Part shown: piece after piece, positions 49,170 to 58,915 of the stretch | Layout: each line of letters starts with the position of its first letter | How positions within the stretch are numbered: the stretch's first letter is position 1 | Assembly (NCBI GenBank): GCA_964584335.1 | Contig: CAZOZN010000003.1 | Span: 137,688 to 201,687, forward strand | DNA: 64,000 nt | Source: an uncultured archaeon | Lineage (GTDB): Archaea; Aenigmatarchaeota; Aenigmatarchaeia; PWEA01; JAGHBM01 | Reading direction: 5' to 3' | Position numbers and translations under genes: made by a program | Notes under the pieces: model-generated | Seen by the model: the letters and a program-made list of their open reading frames with translations, nothing else | The model's database searches: none | What the model was told of the DNA's origin: nothing

Positions 49170-49951
49170 TTGTTTTTTCCTCTTTTCCAAATTTCTTCTG
49201 ACTTATAAACACTCTCATTGTTTTTAATTGTATCTTTTTTATCGTATTTTTTTGCATAATCCTGTATTTTGCTTTTTTCGATTAGCCAGAAATAAGCAGT
49301 CCATTTTTTTAATGAGTATGGGTCTTTTGGCAGACAACCCAACTTGACTTCTATATTTTCCTTTTTGACGATGCCATCTCTCTCAAGCTTGTATAATATT
49401 TTTCTTTCCTCCGCTCCAAGTTTATTATCTATTGCAACATCTTCGTAACCAAAAATATCCATTACTTTTCTGGCATATTTTATTGTATTTTCTGTTTTTT
49501 TGTTTTTCCTGTAAGCCATTGCCTTTGCCAGTTCATTTGGATTTATTATTATAGAAGCATTTTCCTGTTTGTAATTTCCCAGCCTGAATAGATTCTCTTT
49601 TTTGCCTATGTTTTCAATTCTGTTAAAAGTTTCTATTTCCTTTATTTCTTTGCCTTCGTCTTCTTTTGGTATTATCTTTTCGGTTATTTCTATTTCTTTT
49701 ATGTCATCAAATGGTTTGTTTTGTTTGAGTCTTTGCCCCAGATTCTGGGTTATTTCATATATTTTTTCAATGTCTTCGTCATCAGATTCTTTTAATATAT
49801 GCTCTTCCAGTTTAATTATTTCTTCATACTCACCTGTTTCTTCCTTAAGTTTTTCAATACCTTGAGGTTTTATTTTTAATATACCATCATCACAATTGTA
49901 AGCTATATATTCTGTAAGTAAAATATGCCTTTTTTCCGATTTCATTAACAT
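49166..49951 (-). CDS. hypothetical protein with C-terminal DUF6015-like winged-helix domain
   Basis: VMDIFGYED..IDN.L..EER..LY.LE..GIV...W...W resembles DUF6015 as recalled from memory. Confidence 0.5.
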   Translation of the reverse strand: MLMKSEKRHILLTEYIAYNCDDGILKIKPQGIEKLKEETGEYEEIIKLEEHILKESDDEDIEKIYEITQNLGQRLKQNKPFDDIKEIEITEKIIPKEDEGKEIKEIETFNRIENIGKKENLFRLGNYKQENASIIINPNELAKAMAYRKNKKTENTIKYARKVMDIFGYEDVAIDNKLGAEERKILYKLERDGIVKKENIEVKLGCLPKDPYSLKKWTAYFWLIEKSKIQDYAKKYDKKDTIKNNESVYKSEEIWKRGKNN

Positions 49952-50027
49952 TATAAATATAGAAAGGGATTTAAACCGTTTTATTGGAAAAGTTTTAAAT
50001 ATATTTCTATTTTATTATATTCTAAAA

Positions 50028-50160
50028 GATTGAATCGGTTTAGTTACTGGTTCAAATCGGGTGACTGAAAAAATTATTTTCTATTCTTTTTTCATCACCC
50101 AGTAAGACTGAGGTGATGCAAATTCGCAATTTAACCTGTGATTTTGTATATCATCGCTTA
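50028..50160 (+). promoter_or_regulatory. structured 5' leader of rps15 (candidate ribosomal leader)
   Basis: Three consecutive hairpins between a TTTAAATA box (49994-50001) and the AGGTGA RBS. Confidence 0.6.
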
Positions 50161-50179
50161 AAAGCTAAAAGGTGATGTA

Positions 50180-50635
50180 ATGGCAAGGATGTATTCGAGG
50201 AAACATGGAAAATCCGGTTCAAAGAGACCTTTAAGGAAAAAATCTCCGGAATGGGTTAGGTACAATAAAAAGGAAGTTGAAAAACTTATCTTAAAATTTG
50301 ATAAAGAAGGCAAGAGTTCGGCTGAAATAGGTCTTATTTTAAGAGACCAGTATGGAATACCCAATGTAAGGGAGATAACTGGAAAGAAGATAACACAAAT
50401 AAGAAAAGATAATGGTCTTGTATCTGAATATCCGGAAGACATGATGAACCTGATGAGAAAGGCCCTAAAAATAATGGACCACTTGGAGGATCATAAACAT
50501 GACCCGTCTGCTATAAGGGGGCTCGAGTTAACTGAGAGCAAGATAAGAAGGCTTGGTAAGTATTATAAGAAAAAGAAGATACTTCCTGGCAAGTGGAAAT
50601 ATAATCCTGAAAAACTAAAACTCATAGTAAAGTAG
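50180..50635 (+). CDS. rps15: 30S ribosomal protein uS15
   Basis: MARM..RK.GKSGS.RP, IG..LRDQYGIP, PED..NL, ESKIRRL..YY. Confidence 0.96.
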   Translation: MARMYSRKHGKSGSKRPLRKKSPEWVRYNKKEVEKLILKFDKEGKSSAEIGLILRDQYGIPNVREITGKKITQIRKDNGLVSEYPEDMMNLMRKALKIMDHLEDHKHDPSAIRGLELTESKIRRLGKYYKKKKILPGKWKYNPEKLKLIVK

Positions 50636-50644
50636 GTGTAGTCT

Positions 50645-52012
50645 TTGTTAAAAGGACTTAAAGAAGCGAAAGCAGAAATTGATAATGTTGAAAGTGTCAG
50701 GCTAGTTTCGCATCTAGATGCGGATGGCATATCCGCTGCCTCTATTTTATTTTCTGCTTTGTCTCGGATAAAGAAAAAAGTTCATCTTTCTTTAAGGAAA
50801 CAACTGAGCTCCAGAGTTATAGATGAATTAAAAAGAGAGAAAAATGAGCTTTTTTTGTTTGCAGATTTAGGTTCAGGTTATTTGGAACTTCTTAATGAAC
50901 TTGCAGAAAGTACGGGATGTAAAGTTATAGTTTGTGATCATCACATACCTTCTTCAAGTGAAAATTTTTCTAATATAATTCACATAAACCCTATTTTAGA
51001 GGATAAGGACGAAAATGAGATAAGTGGTGCAGGCATCTCTTACCTTTTGGCAAAAGAGCTTGGAGATAATCAGGATCTTTCTTTCTTGGCTTTGGTTGGT
51101 GCTATGGGTGACATGCAGGATAATGATTGGAAAATGAACGGCATCAACAACCACATTCTGGAGGAGTCAATCAACGGAGGTTTTTTAAAAAGAGAGAAGG
51201 GGATTATTGCTTTTGGCAGGATGGACAAGTCGATTAAAGATTCTATAAAGAATATGACAGTTCCTTTTGTTCCGGACCTGAGCGGTAACGAAGATGCTTC
51301 TGCCAAATTTATTTCTTTGCTGGGTATAGAACCCAAGAAAGGAGCTTCATTCAAGACTTTTAATGATTTATCAAAAGATGAAATAAATAACATAGCCGAG
51401 GGATTGTCAGATAAGATATCCAAAAAAATTAGCGATAAAGGAAAATTTTTTGGTGATATATATTCCATTGAAATAAATGGAAGCAGGTTGGATGCTAGAG
51501 AACTTGCTACAAACCTGAATGCCTGCGGAAGGATGGAACAATCTTCGACTGGTATAATTTCTGTTCTCGGATTAAAACCGATTGAGGATATGAATGGAAT
51601 AGTTTCCGGTTATAGGAGAATGATAAGAAAATATATAGGGCTTATGAACAATGAAAAGAATATTGTCACAAAAATGGAAAATGCTTTCTATATTAACGGG
51701 GGAAATAAAATCCATGAAAATTTTATAGGAACTATCACTTCAATTTTAGAAAGGTCTTCTTTTTTTAAAGAAAGAAAACCTGTTTTTGGAATTTCTCATA
51801 CAGAAGAAGGTAACTTAAAGGTAAGTGCCCGAGCACCCAATGATTATATCAATAAGGGATTAAATCTTAGAGAGATGATTATAAAGATAGCAAACAATTA
51901 TGGAGGTTATGGCGGTGGGCATGCTAATGCCGCCGGTGCGTTCATACCAAAAGGCAGGGAAAAAGAATTTATAGATTCGTGCGAAAAATACTTGAAAGAT
52001 AAACTTAAATAA
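50645..52012 (+). CDS. DHH-family RecJ-like nuclease
   Basis: HLDADG, DLGSG, DHH, GD.Q, GGGH..AAG; conserved rps15-recJ-rps3ae context. Confidence 0.9.
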   Translation: MLKGLKEAKAEIDNVESVRLVSHLDADGISAASILFSALSRIKKKVHLSLRKQLSSRVIDELKREKNELFLFADLGSGYLELLNELAESTGCKVIVCDHHIPSSSENFSNIIHINPILEDKDENEISGAGISYLLAKELGDNQDLSFLALVGAMGDMQDNDWKMNGINNHILEESINGGFLKREKGIIAFGRMDKSIKDSIKNMTVPFVPDLSGNEDASAKFISLLGIEPKKGASFKTFNDLSKDEINNIAEGLSDKISKKISDKGKFFGDIYSIEINGSRLDARELATNLNACGRMEQSSTGIISVLGLKPIEDMNGIVSGYRRMIRKYIGLMNNEKNIVTKMENAFYINGGNKIHENFIGTITSILERSSFFKERKPVFGISHTEEGNLKVSARAPNDYINKGLNLREMIIKIANNYGGYGGGHANAAGAFIPKGREKEFIDSCEKYLKDKLK

Positions 52013-52066
52013 GCTTAGTATCATAATTTATATCTATTAACAATCTTAAATCAAAAAAGTGATTAT

Positions 52067-52618
52067 ATGGCAAAAAAAGTAAAAGGAAAAGAGTGGTACA
52101 ACATTTTAGCTCCTAAAATGTTCAATGGAAAAGTAATAGGCGAAGCTCTGATAAGTGACCCAAAAGAAGCTATCAAGAGGAGCATGGTTGTTAATTACAC
52201 CTCTTTAAACGGACACCCTTCTAAGTATTACATAAAAATAAAGTTAAAGGCCGACAAGGTAGAGGACGGTAAGATAATGATGAAATATGTTGGTCATGAG
52301 TGTCAGAGAGATTATATTTCTCAGATGATAAGAAAGAGGACAATGAGAGTTGACAACAGAATAGATGTTGAAACCAAGGACAAAAAGAATGTTATAATAA
52401 AGACTGTTGGAATAACTTTGAGAAAGACAAACACTTCTATAAAAAGCAAACTCGGTAAGGATATTTCAGAAATAATGAGGAAAAAAGTAGAGAAGATGAG
52501 GTTTGATGATGTTATAAAATCTATACTTAATGATAGCTTACAAAAAAGTACAAGGAAAGAAGTCAGCAAAGTATACCCTCTTACAAGGTTTGAAGTCAGA
52601 AAAGTAAGCATTAAGTGA
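52067..52618 (+). CDS. rps3ae: 30S ribosomal protein eS1 (S3ae)
   Basis: KEWY.I.AP..F, GHE..RDYI, K.YPL..FEVRK. Confidence 0.93.
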   Translation: MAKKVKGKEWYNILAPKMFNGKVIGEALISDPKEAIKRSMVVNYTSLNGHPSKYYIKIKLKADKVEDGKIMMKYVGHECQRDYISQMIRKRTMRVDNRIDVETKDKKNVIIKTVGITLRKTNTSIKSKLGKDISEIMRKKVEKMRFDDVIKSILNDSLQKSTRKEVSKVYPLTRFEVRKVSIK

Positions 52619-52816
52619 TTATCTGCTTATTACTCCTGCTACAGTTATCCAGAACAATCCTCCAAGCAATATGAATATAAAAGACACTAGGATTGCTATA
52701 CCAAAGGAGGTTGTTGTTGCTCCGAGCACGTCAGGTCTGGCCTGACCGGCAACAAAAGCTCCAAAAACTATCAGTATTGAACCAATTATCCATAAAAAGA
52801 AGGGCTTTGACTCCAT
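52619..52816 (-). CDS. small 2-TM membrane protein
   Basis: Two hydrophobic helices; LILxGGLFWI-type end. Confidence 0.6.
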   Translation of the reverse strand: MESKPFFLWIIGSILIVFGAFVAGQARPDVLGATTTSFGIAILVSFIFILLGGLFWITVAGVISR

Positions 52817-52895
52817 AATAATACTTCAAGAGGAGAATATTTAAATCTTTTTCAATGAAAATTTATATAATCAGAAAAACAAAGTTTCTCTACAT

Positions 52896-53045
52896 GGAGG
52901 GGTGGCAGAAACCAAGCCTTGATTGTTTTGGCTGTAACGGTCATGCGTCCGCCTGCAGAGCGGAATAACCGAGTTCGACAAAAGACCCTTTAGAAAAGTG
53001 TCTTTACTCCCAAAAAAGGGAAAGAGAATCTCGGCCCCTCCTCCA
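52896..53045 (+). tRNA. tRNA-Cys(GCA) with two introns (D-loop 52911-52937; T-loop ~52980-53028)
   Basis: Acceptor GGAGGGG/CCCCTCC, U73 discriminator + CCA, anticodon arm TCCGC-CTGCAGA-GCGGA, T stem CCGAG/CTCGG; TTTATATA promoter at ~52862. Confidence 0.9.
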
Positions 53046-53079
53046 ACAAAATAATTTAATTTTTTTAAAAAAATATAAT

Positions 53080-53799
53080 TTACAAAGAACTAATGAATTT
53101 TTTGACCAATCCCGAACTTTCTTCAGTCATCTTTTTGCTTTCTCTTATTATATCTTTTATATTCACTTTATTTTCGCTCACACCACATGCGTAGTTTACT
53201 CCTGCCCCCAAACTAACAAGTTTCATGCCACACTCGTTAGCCAAAGTGGCCTCTGACGCATGTGTCATTCCGACCATGTCTGCTCCTGTATTATCCAAGT
53301 ATCTTATCTCTGCCTTTGTCTCCAGTCTCGGCCCTCTGGTCTGTGCGTAAATTCCTCTGTAAAGCGGTGTTTTTGAGTTCTCGGTTATAATCTTGTTCAT
53401 ATCTTCAACGTATTTTTTGTCATACGGCTCGTCCATAGAAACATGAATCGGTTCTTCGTCAAAGTGCTCGTACATTGTTTTTCCGTTACCGCTAAAATCC
53501 ATGAAATCGTCAATAATTGTCAGACACGGTACTTTCCAGTCTTTTCTTATTATCCCGACAGAATGGTATGTAACAAGGTCTTTTACTCCCTCTTTTTTAA
53601 AGAAATTAAAGTAGTCCTTTTCCGGGACCTTATGTGGCGGTATTGTATGATTTTTTCCGTGTCTTGGAATAAGGTATACTGTATTTTCTCCTATATCACC
53701 CTCAAAGAAAACATTGGATGATTCCTCATCTAAACCGAACTCAGAGTAATTGTCAAAAAACTTCTCCGCTGAGTATCCCGATATTAACCCCACTTTCAT
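53080..53799 (-). CDS. MTAP-family purine nucleoside phosphorylase
   Basis: RHG..H.IPPH, GPRLET.AE, GAD.VGMT..SEA.LA, NYA.G. Confidence 0.88.
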   Translation of the reverse strand: MKVGLISGYSAEKFFDNYSEFGLDEESSNVFFEGDIGENTVYLIPRHGKNHTIPPHKVPEKDYFNFFKKEGVKDLVTYHSVGIIRKDWKVPCLTIIDDFMDFSGNGKTMYEHFDEEPIHVSMDEPYDKKYVEDMNKIITENSKTPLYRGIYAQTRGPRLETKAEIRYLDNTGADMVGMTHASEATLANECGMKLVSLGAGVNYACGVSENKVNIKDIIRESKKMTEESSGLVKKFISSL

Positions 53800-53829
53800 A
53801 TTAAATACTAAAAAGCTAAATTATTTATA

Positions 53830-54198
53830 GTGGTTTTTTTGCTCGTAAAAGATAAAAACAAATGCAAAGAGATGATAGCAAAGGACAAGACAAGACTCAG
53901 GGAAATTCTTCATCCTAAAAACGATGGCGTTGATTTGGATTTCAGCGTGGCTTTCGCAAAAGTTTCCCCGGGAGAGAAAACAGAACCCCATATTCTTAAA
54001 TCGGCAGAGGTTTATTACATCCTCAAAGGCAAGGGATTGATGTATATAGATAATAAAAAGAAGGAAGTTTACAGTGATTTTGCGGTTTACATACCTCCGA
54101 ATTCTGTGCAGTATATAAAAAACACAGGTGAAAAGGAGCTTGATTTTTTGTGCATAGTCAGTCCTCCATGGAAGCCAGAGGATGATAACCCTGCTTAA
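53830..54198 (+). CDS. cupin-domain protein
   Basis: PG..T.PH.L...EVYYIL.G.G, YIPP..Q.I.N. Confidence 0.85.
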   Translation: MVFLLVKDKNKCKEMIAKDKTRLREILHPKNDGVDLDFSVAFAKVSPGEKTEPHILKSAEVYYILKGKGLMYIDNKKKEVYSDFAVYIPPNSVQYIKNTGEKELDFLCIVSPPWKPEDDNPA

Positions 54199-54231
54199 AA
54201 GTTTTTTAAGTTTAATACTACAAAAATCAAT

Positions 54232-54483
54232 ATGATTGAGATTATAGGTATTATGGGAGCTTCTCTTATCTTGATAGCCTGGATACTTGGCCTTGTAGAT
54301 GAACTAAGAAATCATAAAAGTCTCATAGAGCTGAGATTTAGCATAGTTACTTTGGCGGGAACTGCAATATTGGTTTATTATTCTTATATTATAGGAAGTT
54401 CGGTTTTCCTTTTCCTTAACTTGGGGATATTCCTTACTGTTATATTTGAAATTATTTACACCGTAATTGTTAGCAAAAGGTGA
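54232..54483 (+). CDS. small 3-TM membrane protein (PQ-loop-like)
   Basis: IG..G..LIL.AW; G..L..YS; F..LN. Confidence 0.6.
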   Translation: MIEIIGIMGASLILIAWILGLVDELRNHKSLIELRFSIVTLAGTAILVYYSYIIGSSVFLFLNLGIFLTVIFEIIYTVIVSKR

Positions 54484-54487
54484 TTTT

Positions 54488-55915
54488 TTGTTAAGACTGT
54501 ACAACTCTCTTACAAACAAAAAAGAAGAATTCAAACCGATAGAAAAAGGAATGGTCAGTATGTACAACTGTGGTCCCACAGTCTACTTTTACGCTCACAT
54601 AGGAAATCTTCGTTCTTTCATGTTTGCTGATACTCTAAGGAGATATTTGGAGTACAAAAAATTTGATGTCAGGCAGGTTATGAATATAACGGATGTGGGA
54701 CACATGACTGCTGACGATTCTCTTGAATCCGAGGAGAGCCAGGACAAGATGGAAGCGGCGATGAAGAGGGAGAAGAAAGACCCCTGGCAGATAGCTAGTT
54801 TTTACACGAGAGCCTTTATAGAGGATTCAAAAAAAATGAATTTCAAGGAGCCATTTAAAAGGCCCAGAGCAACCGAGGAAATAGATGATATGATAAAACT
54901 AATAGAAAGTCTTGTTGATAAAGGATATGCTTATGTTGTAAAAGGTTGCGTTTATTACGATGTTTCTAAGTTCGAGGATTACGGAAAGCTTTCAGGCAAC
55001 ACGGTTGAAAAGCTTAAGGAGGGAGCCGGAGGAAGAGTCGGTGAAAACAAGGACAAGAAGAATCATTTTGACTTTGCATTATGGATAGAGGACCCAAATC
55101 ACCTAATGGGCTGGAGGTCTCCGTGGGGAGAACATGGTTATCCCGGATGGCATATCGAGTGCTCTGTTATGAGCACCAAGTATCTAGGAGAGAGTATAGA
55201 CATACATACAGGAGGCGAAGACAATAAGTTTCCCCATCACGAGTGTGAGATAGCACAGAGCGAGGGTGCAACAGGCAAGAAATTTTGCAATTACTGGCTG
55301 CATGTAAGGCATTTACTGGTTGACGGGGAGAAGATGTCCAAGTCCACGGGAAACTTCTATACTTTGAGGGACCTGCTTGACATGGGATACGAGCCAAAGG
55401 CTTTGCGTTTGTTTTATCTTAAATCACATTACAGGTCGCAAATGAATTTTACATTGGACGGGCTAAAACAATCTCAGGAGAACCTGAAAAAACTTCATGA
55501 TTTTGTTGACAGAATTAAAGAATGCGAGGGAAACAATTCAAATGTAAGTGAAATTATTGAGGAATTGAAGAAGAACTTTGAAAAGGAAATGGATGATGAT
55601 TTGAACACACCCGGAGCTATTTCTGTTATTTTTGATTTTGTTCACGACATAAACAAGATGATGGAAGGAAACTTAATCAGCAGCGCCAATTCGAATGAGA
55701 TTTTGAACGCTTTGGAGGAAATTGACGGAGTACTCGGATTATTAAAAACAGAGACCAAAGAACTCCCCGATTGGGCCAAAGAACTTATAGAAAAACGGGA
55801 AAAATTCAGGGAAGAGAAAGAATGGGAAAAGGCCGACCAAATAAGGTACGAACTAAAGAAAAAAGGCATAATTGTAGAGGATACACCGAAAGGACCGAGA
55901 TACAGATACAGCTAA
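54488..55915 (+). CDS. cysS: cysteinyl-tRNA synthetase
   Basis: [29 protein letters not shown]; TTG start after AGGTGA. Confidence 0.96.
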   Translation: MLRLYNSLTNKKEEFKPIEKGMVSMYNCGPTVYFYAHIGNLRSFMFADTLRRYLEYKKFDVRQVMNITDVGHMTADDSLESEESQDKMEAAMKREKKDPWQIASFYTRAFIEDSKKMNFKEPFKRPRATEEIDDMIKLIESLVDKGYAYVVKGCVYYDVSKFEDYGKLSGNTVEKLKEGAGGRVGENKDKKNHFDFALWIEDPNHLMGWRSPWGEHGYPGWHIECSVMSTKYLGESIDIHTGGEDNKFPHHECEIAQSEGATGKKFCNYWLHVRHLLVDGEKMSKSTGNFYTLRDLLDMGYEPKALRLFYLKSHYRSQMNFTLDGLKQSQENLKKLHDFVDRIKECEGNNSNVSEIIEELKKNFEKEMDDDLNTPGAISVIFDFVHDINKMMEGNLISSANSNEILNALEEIDGVLGLLKTETKELPDWAKELIEKREKFREEKEWEKADQIRYELKKKGIIVEDTPKGPRYRYS

Positions 55916-55959
55916 TTCTAATACAATAAAAAATTAAAGAAAAGTTGGGTTTTTGGTTT

Positions 55960-56487
55960 CTAGTCCTCAGAGGCCATCCACCAAATTGCCAAAGCTACTA
56001 CTATTAGGAAGAACAACAGCGGATAGTTGTAGATTAAGTTTGCAGATAGTCCTGTCCATCCAAGTGCCTCTAGTCCTCCGGAGCCTATGAATACTATTAC
56101 ACCTATTATGATGAATAGTACTGCGAATGCTGTTCCGTGGGCGATAAAGATCGATTTTCTTTTATATTTTGTTTTACCTTTATCATCTTTGTATGACACT
56201 ACTCCTTTTATTCCTACTATCTCAAGGAAGACTATAAACACCAAAATTCCTGCTATTAAAACTACCAAAGAGCCTATCATACTCATTAATACTCCCACAA
56301 AAGGTGAAAGTACCGGTGCTACTATGAATGCAAGCACAAGAGATATGATTGTCCTTGCGGACCTACTTTTAGGTGTTTCAACATGGCTTAGTATCCCGAA
56401 TACTATCGCGAAGGTAAATAGCCAAGGCAAAACATATGTGAAGAAATCTCCACCTAACATTGCATTAATTCCGTACATGTATGCCAT
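55960..56487 (-). CDS. uncharacterised multi-TM protein, paralog A
   Basis: FFxYxxPW..AIVFGIL..PK..SAR..ISL..VFIGSGG..WWM shared with neighbours. Confidence 0.85.
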   Translation of the reverse strand: MAYMYGINAMLGGDFFTYVLPWLFTFAIVFGILSHVETPKSRSARTIISLVLAFIVAPVLSPFVGVLMSMIGSLVVLIAGILVFIVFLEIVGIKGVVSYKDDKGKTKYKRKSIFIAHGTAFAVLFIIIGVIVFIGSGGLEALGWTGLSANLIYNYPLLFFLIVVALAIWWMASED

Positions 56488-56991
56488 TTATTTCCCCTCC
56501 GTAATCATCCACCATATTGTTATTGCTATTATTCCTATGAAGAATACGAGTGGATAATTTATGCTTATGTTACTGAATCCAAGATACGCTAGTCCTCCTG
56601 CTCCTATGAATACCATTATTGCAAGCACTGCAAGAACGAATCCAAATAGCTTGTAGTAATATGTATGTACTTCAGTTTCTTTACCACCTTGTTCCAAATG
56701 TTTTTTTGTGCCTGTTACTTCGAACAATATCAATACAAACAATATTGCTGTGAAGAGCATGACCATTCCTAAACCTAGTTGTCCTATTATTGCTACAAGT
56801 GGTCCTGCTACAGGTAACACGAAGAACGCTATTGCCAGTGAAATCACTGTTCTTGCGGACTTATTTTTAGGTATTCCTGCTGCTCCTAAAATTCCGTAGA
56901 CAATGGCAAAAACTAACAGCCAAGGCATAATATATATAAAAAAGCTGCTCTGTGTCATGTCAATTAGTCCAGGTATGCTGTAAGTTGCCAT
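56488..56991 (-). CDS. uncharacterised multi-TM protein, paralog B
   Basis: Same motif set as paralog A; GAGGT RBS. Confidence 0.85.
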   Translation of the reverse strand: MATYSIPGLIDMTQSSFFIYIMPWLLVFAIVYGILGAAGIPKNKSARTVISLAIAFFVLPVAGPLVAIIGQLGLGMVMLFTAILFVLILFEVTGTKKHLEQGGKETEVHTYYYKLFGFVLAVLAIMVFIGAGGLAYLGFSNISINYPLVFFIGIIAITIWWMITEGK

Positions 56992-57235
56992 TTAATTACC
57001 TCTTTTTAATTTTTTAGGGTCAATATATAAAAAGTTTTCTTTATTGCATTTACCTATGCTATTCAAGCTTTTTTCGGTAAAGCACGTTTCCATTGCAACA
57101 CCCCCCTACCACTAAAAGTGGTATTTTTTTATTTTTACTACTTGACAGTAAATATATGTACTAGCTAGTATAAATACTTTAAAATTGCTTATATGTTCAA
57201 AATTTTCTACTTTTAGAGGAAAAAATAGGTAAAAA

Positions 57236-57712
57236 TCAATCTTCCTTTGCTGTCATCCACCAAACTCCGAGTGTCATTGCCCCAAGGAAAAATAACGCAG
57301 ACAATAGGTCGTTACCAACTCTCAAATTTACATCGAGCAATTCCATGCCACCCGCACCAACAAAAACAAGTATGGCAATTAATATCATTACTATCCCGAA
57401 ACCTACAGGATGCTTGTCGAATATATTTTCTCCCTTGCCTACTTTGTATCCCAGCAATTCAACAAAAATCAATGCGGTCAGTATGCCTACTGCAACAACC
57501 AACAATCCTTTAACCATTCCTGTAATAAATCCGGCAAGTGCTGGTGCCAAAGGCAATACCATAAAAGCTGCAACAAGAGATATTACCGCCCTTGTGCTCT
57601 GGCTCTTGGGCATCTTGTAATGTTCTAGAATACCATATACTATTGCCAGGGTAAGCATCCATGGAAAAAGATAAACAAAAAATTCTCCTGTTACGACATC
57701 TCCCAATGACAT
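57236..57712 (-). CDS. uncharacterised multi-TM protein, paralog C
   Basis: Same motif set as paralog A; GGTG RBS. Confidence 0.85.
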   Translation of the reverse strand: MSLGDVVTGEFFVYLFPWMLTLAIVYGILEHYKMPKSQSTRAVISLVAAFMVLPLAPALAGFITGMVKGLLVVAVGILTALIFVELLGYKVGKGENIFDKHPVGFGIVMILIAILVFVGAGGMELLDVNLRVGNDLLSALFFLGAMTLGVWWMTAKED

Positions 57713-57758
57713 TTTAACACCAAATTAGTTTTTATATTAACTTTTATTTAAGTTTGGA

Positions 57759-58283
57759 TTATTTTTGATATTGTCCAGCCGGTTTATTTCTGCCTAATTC
57801 ATAAGCGTAAAAGAACATTAAAGCTATCAGTATTAAAGCGAGTAATATCATAAAGTTTTCCGTTCCTAAAATAGGTATTTCAATTTCTGATATGTATGCA
57901 AATCCGCTAGTAACAAGCAACAATAATACAATACCCAGAAGTGTTATGGGCAAGTCTTCTCTGCCTTTTGTTATATTATCCTTTCCTCTCAATCCTAGTG
58001 CGTGCAGGGCAAATGCTATGAAAAATAATATTACAAATGCCCACAGTATTATGCTGAAGTTGGCAAAAAACAGGTCAACAAATGTTTGGTAACCTGCCGC
58101 AAAAAACGCGAAAACCAGAGCTATCATAAGATTTACTGAGTTCAGTGTCCTTCCGGTCTGCCTGTTTTTGAAGATGTTTGCTATTGACAGCAATCCAAAA
58201 ACGATTGCCAAGACAAAAAAGAAAGGCAAGAAAGGCTTTAATGTGGGGTCTGTAGATATTTGTGTAATTATATTTGCGTCCAT
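57759..58283 (-). CDS. uncharacterised multi-TM protein, divergent paralog D
   Basis: FLPFFFVLAIVFGLL ... N..IAL.FAF N-terminal motif. Confidence 0.8.
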   Translation of the reverse strand: MDANIITQISTDPTLKPFLPFFFVLAIVFGLLSIANIFKNRQTGRTLNSVNLMIALVFAFFAAGYQTFVDLFFANFSIILWAFVILFFIAFALHALGLRGKDNITKGREDLPITLLGIVLLLLVTSGFAYISEIEIPILGTENFMILLALILIALMFFYAYELGRNKPAGQYQK

Positions 58284-58292
58284 TTTTTACCA

Positions 58293-58856
58293 CTAACTTC
58301 TCAACAGTTCTCTTAACTGCATTTCTCTCTTTGTCAATTCTTTTGCTATTTCTTTCTTTTCACTTTGTGACCTGGCACTTCTTAGCTGCTTCTTTAGATA
58401 ACTAATATCATGACGCAAAGCATCTTCTGTTTTTCTTTTAGAACCGCTGTCTTTTGCTTTCTTATATGCCAGCTTAAATATCTGTTCGCTTCTCGAAGGA
58501 TGGAATATTCTCCCGAAGAAGAAATAAAATCCTGTTATGAATATAGTCAATATAAGCCAGAATATTGTTAAGGATGCGAACAATGGGTACCAGCCTGCAT
58601 AAACTATGAATGTATATATTCCTATTCCAAGCAAGGTCCCTATTCCCGTGTGCTGGACGCTTTTTATTCCTAGGTAAATGAATATCAGTATTATTATATG
58701 AGGAAGAAAGAGACCGTATATAAAATCGTGAGCAAAAACACCGTTTACACATCCCCATTCCGAGCTTCCGCTGCACTGGGGAAGCTGTAAAATAGTTTTG
58801 AAAATTAGTTCCTGTAAATCTATGCCACCGAAACTGAGTGTCTGCGCAAGCATCAT
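58293..58856 (-). CDS. membrane protein with C-terminal coiled coil
   Basis: Cys pair, LFLPH, three TM segments, charged helical tail. Confidence 0.75.
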   Translation of the reverse strand: MMLAQTLSFGGIDLQELIFKTILQLPQCSGSSEWGCVNGVFAHDFIYGLFLPHIIILIFIYLGIKSVQHTGIGTLLGIGIYTFIVYAGWYPLFASLTIFWLILTIFITGFYFFFGRIFHPSRSEQIFKLAYKKAKDSGSKRKTEDALRHDISYLKKQLRSARSQSEKKEIAKELTKREMQLRELLRS

Positions 58857-58915
58857 AAAACAATCACAATATTTTATTCACTTTGGATATATAAAAATAA
58901 AATAAGGAAGGTGTT

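Noticed and set aside
50044-50064. GGTTCAAATC T-loop-like motif suggesting a tRNA
   Set aside because: No acceptor, D or anticodon arms; the motif is part of hairpin H1 of the rps15 leader
53001-53028. BHB-like motif inside the tRNA-Cys T-loop intron (TCTT/AAGA, TCCC/GGGA) suggesting a nested intron
   Set aside because: Removing it by hand does not create a second motif that yields a correct T-loop, so nesting is unsupported
57086-57106. GTTGCAATGGAAAC next to a G-run, resembling an ORB element or CRISPR repeat end
   Set aside because: Single copy, G-run on the wrong side, no orc1/cdc6 or cas genes and no repeat-spacer array
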